DNA of 64,000 bases from an uncultured delta proteobacterium (lineage in GTDB: Bacteria > Desulfobacterota > Desulfomonilia > UBA1062), in contig CAWCTR010000030.1 in the NCBI GenBank assembly GCA_963798485.1, positions 64,001-128,000 of the forward strand, written 5' to 3'. Positions within the stretch are counted from its first letter, which is position 1, and each line of letters starts with the position of its first letter. Positions 61,171 to 64,000 of this stretch are shown here, piece after piece. A program made the translations under genes and the position numbers. A model generated the notes under the pieces. It was not told the DNA's origin. It saw nothing but the letters and a program-made list of their open reading frames with translations, and made no database searches.

Positions 61171-62730
61171 ATGTTCGATTTTTTAAGTAACCTGACTATC
61201 AAGATGAAGATGGTAGGCCTCGCAATCTGCGGGATCATTTCTTTTGTCTGTATCCTTTCCCTTGTCTATTATATTAATTTCGATTCTGAGTTGAAAAGGC
61301 TTGCGATGTCAGACCAGGAGATGAGGATTCGCATGTTCTGGCATCTCATGGAAGATAAAGGCCGGAACATCGATCTTGTGGATAATAAGCTCAAGATCGG
61401 GGCCTATGTCATCAATGATAATTATGAACTCCCGGATAAAATGAAAAAGCTGTGCGGAGGCACATCAGCCATATTCATGCACGATGAGAAGATCTCGACA
61501 AATGTCATGAACCCGGATGGAACACGAGCCACAGGCACAAAACTAAAAGGCCCTGCGCACGATGCAATTTTCAAGGATCAGAAACCGTATCGGGGGGAGG
61601 CAGATATCCTCGGAACACCCTACTTCACCGCCTATGACCCCATCAAGAACAGTAAGGGCGATATCATTGGCGTGCTTTATACAGGCGTGAAGAAGAGCGA
61701 GTACTACAAATCGTTCAATACACTCGTTACTCATATACTTATTTTGGCCCTCATCGTTACCGTTGGTACTGCGCTTTTGTGGTTCTGGCTTGTGAACGGT
61801 ATGATCACCAAGCCCATGAATTATGTCATCAGGCGCATCAAGGATATTGTCGAAGGGGAGGGCGACCTCACCAAGCGGATAGATACGAAAGGAAATGATG
61901 AAATCGGTAAACTGGGTCAGGGCATTAATGCCTTTTTATCGAATTTCGAGAATATCATCGCAAAGGTCAAGGAAACATCTTCTCAAGTAAACACTACTAC
62001 ACAAGAGGTTGCAGCCGGTTCCCAGGGATTATCACAGATTACCCAGGAACAGGCATCGGCCGTAGAACAGGTGGCTGCTACGATTGAGCAGATGACCTCC
62101 AGTATCAAACAGAATGCATCTCATGCAGAGAAGGGCCGCGACATGACAAGCAGTCTGGTGCAGCAGACTACCATCACACGCGAGTCAACCAAAGACCTTA
62201 TGAAGGCCATGGATGAGATCTCGATGTCATCCAAGAAAATCGGGGATATTATTGTAACCGTGAATGAGGTTGCCTTTCAGACCAATCTCCTGGCCTTGAA
62301 TGCCGCAGTAGAGGCGGCCCGGGCCGGTGAGCACGGAAAGGGATTTGCCGTTGTCGCCCAGGAGGTGAGGTCTCTGGCGCAGCGTTCAGCCGAGGCTGCC
62401 AAACAGATTAAAGAAATGATCCAGGATACCGTAAATAAAGTGAATGCCGGTGATGATATTGTGAAGAAAGCCGTTATTTCCCTGAAAGAGATCATCGGGC
62501 ATATCGATATGCTCTCTCAGACTATGGATGAGATCTCCTCGTCGTCAAATGAGCAGGCTATAGGCGTTGATGAGGTGAACAGGGCTATCAGCCAGATTGA
62601 TACAACCACCCAGCAAAATGCCTCGACCGTTGAAGAGCTAGCCGCCGCAACAGGTCTCCTCAGCACTGAAGCCGAAGTGCTTAACAAGACTGTTGCGCGT
62701 TTCAGGGTAACAAAGGACTTATCAGCGTAA
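61171..62730 (+). CDS. Methyl-accepting chemotaxis protein (Cache-HAMP-MA)
   Basis: Two [26 protein letters not shown] Cache domain; [27 protein letters not shown]. Confidence 0.95.
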   Translation: MFDFLSNLTIKMKMVGLAICGIISFVCILSLVYYINFDSELKRLAMSDQEMRIRMFWHLMEDKGRNIDLVDNKLKIGAYVINDNYELPDKMKKLCGGTSAIFMHDEKISTNVMNPDGTRATGTKLKGPAHDAIFKDQKPYRGEADILGTPYFTAYDPIKNSKGDIIGVLYTGVKKSEYYKSFNTLVTHILILALIVTVGTALLWFWLVNGMITKPMNYVIRRIKDIVEGEGDLTKRIDTKGNDEIGKLGQGINAFLSNFENIIAKVKETSSQVNTTTQEVAAGSQGLSQITQEQASAVEQVAATIEQMTSSIKQNASHAEKGRDMTSSLVQQTTITRESTKDLMKAMDEISMSSKKIGDIIVTVNEVAFQTNLLALNAAVEAARAGEHGKGFAVVAQEVRSLAQRSAEAAKQIKEMIQDTVNKVNAGDDIVKKAVISLKEIIGHIDMLSQTMDEISSSSNEQAIGVDEVNRAISQIDTTTQQNASTVEELAAATGLLSTEAEVLNKTVARFRVTKDLSA

Positions 62731-63945
62731 TACCTGCATAATACGCTCAAGTGCTGATTCTACATTCTCATGGCTGTTGAATGCGCTGATGCGGATATAG
62801 CCCTGGCCGCACCTGCCGAATCCGGCACCGGGAGTGCATACGACACCGGCCTTGTTCAGGAGCATATCGAAGAATTCCCAGGAATCTAAGCCGGTCTTTA
62901 CCCAGATATAGGGGGAGTTTTTACCTCCGGTGCATGTGTACCCAAGAGATTGCATGCCTGCCCTGATACGGGAGGCATTCTTCATATAGTAGTGAATCAA
63001 CTCCTTTACCTGGATCTTGCCCGCATCTGAATAAATTGCCTCGGCAGCCTTTTGCACAGGGTAGGAGACACCGTTGAACTTGGTGGCCTGACGCCTGTTC
63101 CAGAAGGTATGAAGGAGGTGTTTATGGCCGGCGGCGTCATATGCCATGCAGTTTTTTGGCACCACCGTGAAGGCGCACCGGGTTCCGGTGAACCCGGCGG
63201 TCTTGGAAAAGCTCCTGAACTCGATGGAGACTTCCCTCGCGCCGTCTATTTCATAGATGGACCGGGGTAGACTCTCATCGTTTATGAAGGCCTCATAAGC
63301 GGCATCATAGAGGATAAGGGCCTTGTTCTGCCTGGCATAATCCACCCAGGACTTCAACTGGGCTTTTGTGATGGTTGCACCGGTAGGGTTGTTGGGAAAG
63401 CACAGGTAGATAAGGTCCGCCTTCTCGTCCGGGATCACGGGAACGAACCCGTTTCCTTCAGTGCTGTCGAGATAGACTATATTCTTGTATCTTCCGTCTG
63501 CCGGGTCGCCTGAACGGCCCGCCATGACATTGGTATCCAGGTAAACGGGATAGACAGGGTCGGGAATGGCGATGCGGATATCGGCTGAAAAGATCTCCTG
63601 GATGTTTGCCGTGTCGCTCTTTGCGCCGTCGCTGACGAATATCTCATCTGAGTGAATGTCTGCGCCACGGGCCTGATAATCAGACAGGGCGATCTTTTCC
63701 CTTAAGAATGCATAACCCTGCTCAGGGCCATAGCCCTTGAAGGTGCTGTCCAGGGCCATTTCATCTACTGCCTTGTGAAAGGCATCAATGCAGGCCTTGG
63801 GTAATGCCCGGGTGACATCGCCGATGCCAAGGCGAATGATATCTTTGGCGGGGTTAGCCTCCTGGAAGGCAGCCACGCGCTTGCTGATCTCGGAAAAAAG
63901 GTATGACGGCTTCAACTTTAAATAGTTCTCATTGATCCTGATCAT
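62722..63945 (-). CDS. dapL: LL-diaminopimelate aminotransferase
   Basis: [44 protein letters not shown]. Confidence 0.95.
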   Translation of the reverse strand: MIRINENYLKLKPSYLFSEISKRVAAFQEANPAKDIIRLGIGDVTRALPKACIDAFHKAVDEMALDSTFKGYGPEQGYAFLREKIALSDYQARGADIHSDEIFVSDGAKSDTANIQEIFSADIRIAIPDPVYPVYLDTNVMAGRSGDPADGRYKNIVYLDSTEGNGFVPVIPDEKADLIYLCFPNNPTGATITKAQLKSWVDYARQNKALILYDAAYEAFINDESLPRSIYEIDGAREVSIEFRSFSKTAGFTGTRCAFTVVPKNCMAYDAAGHKHLLHTFWNRRQATKFNGVSYPVQKAAEAIYSDAGKIQVKELIHYYMKNASRIRAGMQSLGYTCTGGKNSPYIWVKTGLDSWEFFDMLLNKAGVVCTPGAGFGRCGQGYIRISAFNSHENVESALERIMQVLR

Positions 63946-64000
63946 AAATACACCTTCATATTTTTCCGCATTATATATTCATAGATGGCGGTCCTAGAGC

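Overview
64 kb of bacterial chromosome, most likely from an anaerobic Desulfobacterota/deltaproteobacterium. This is inferred from the fab-rpiB-glyA-nrdR-rib-nusB gene order, dapL, split gcvPA/PB, a selenocysteine formate dehydrogenase, an AOR and sigma-54 promoters. The left end is accessory: a NYN protein, a complete IS110/IS1111-type element whose ends, core, junction promoter and ~450-nt structured bridge/seek-RNA region can be read from the sequence, an AT-rich membrane-TPR protein and a serpin. Two loci stand out. (i) 50.6-58.0 kb: a translationally coupled cydA-cydB-inositol-phosphate synthase-TIM barrel-UbiE-methyltransferase operon converging on a UbiA + cytochrome b5/DUF2231 pair, a candidate pathway for a cyclitol-derived prenylated, methylated lipid or quinone. 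(ii) 19.2-25.3 kb: a locus resembling the mycobacterial methylmannose-polysaccharide (MMP) cluster, extended by an acyltransferase and a B12 radical SAM enzyme. Also present: a gcv operon ending in an ECF sigma and a His-less Cys-rich anti-sigma, gcvH with an in-frame TAA, a frameshifted PAS kinase, stacked REP/MITE elements, modABC-fmdE, a sigma-54 operon of three tiny membrane proteins (one absent from the ORF track), an MCP and dapL. No rRNA, tRNA or CRISPR array was seen. All calls come from motif recognition by eye; no searches were run.
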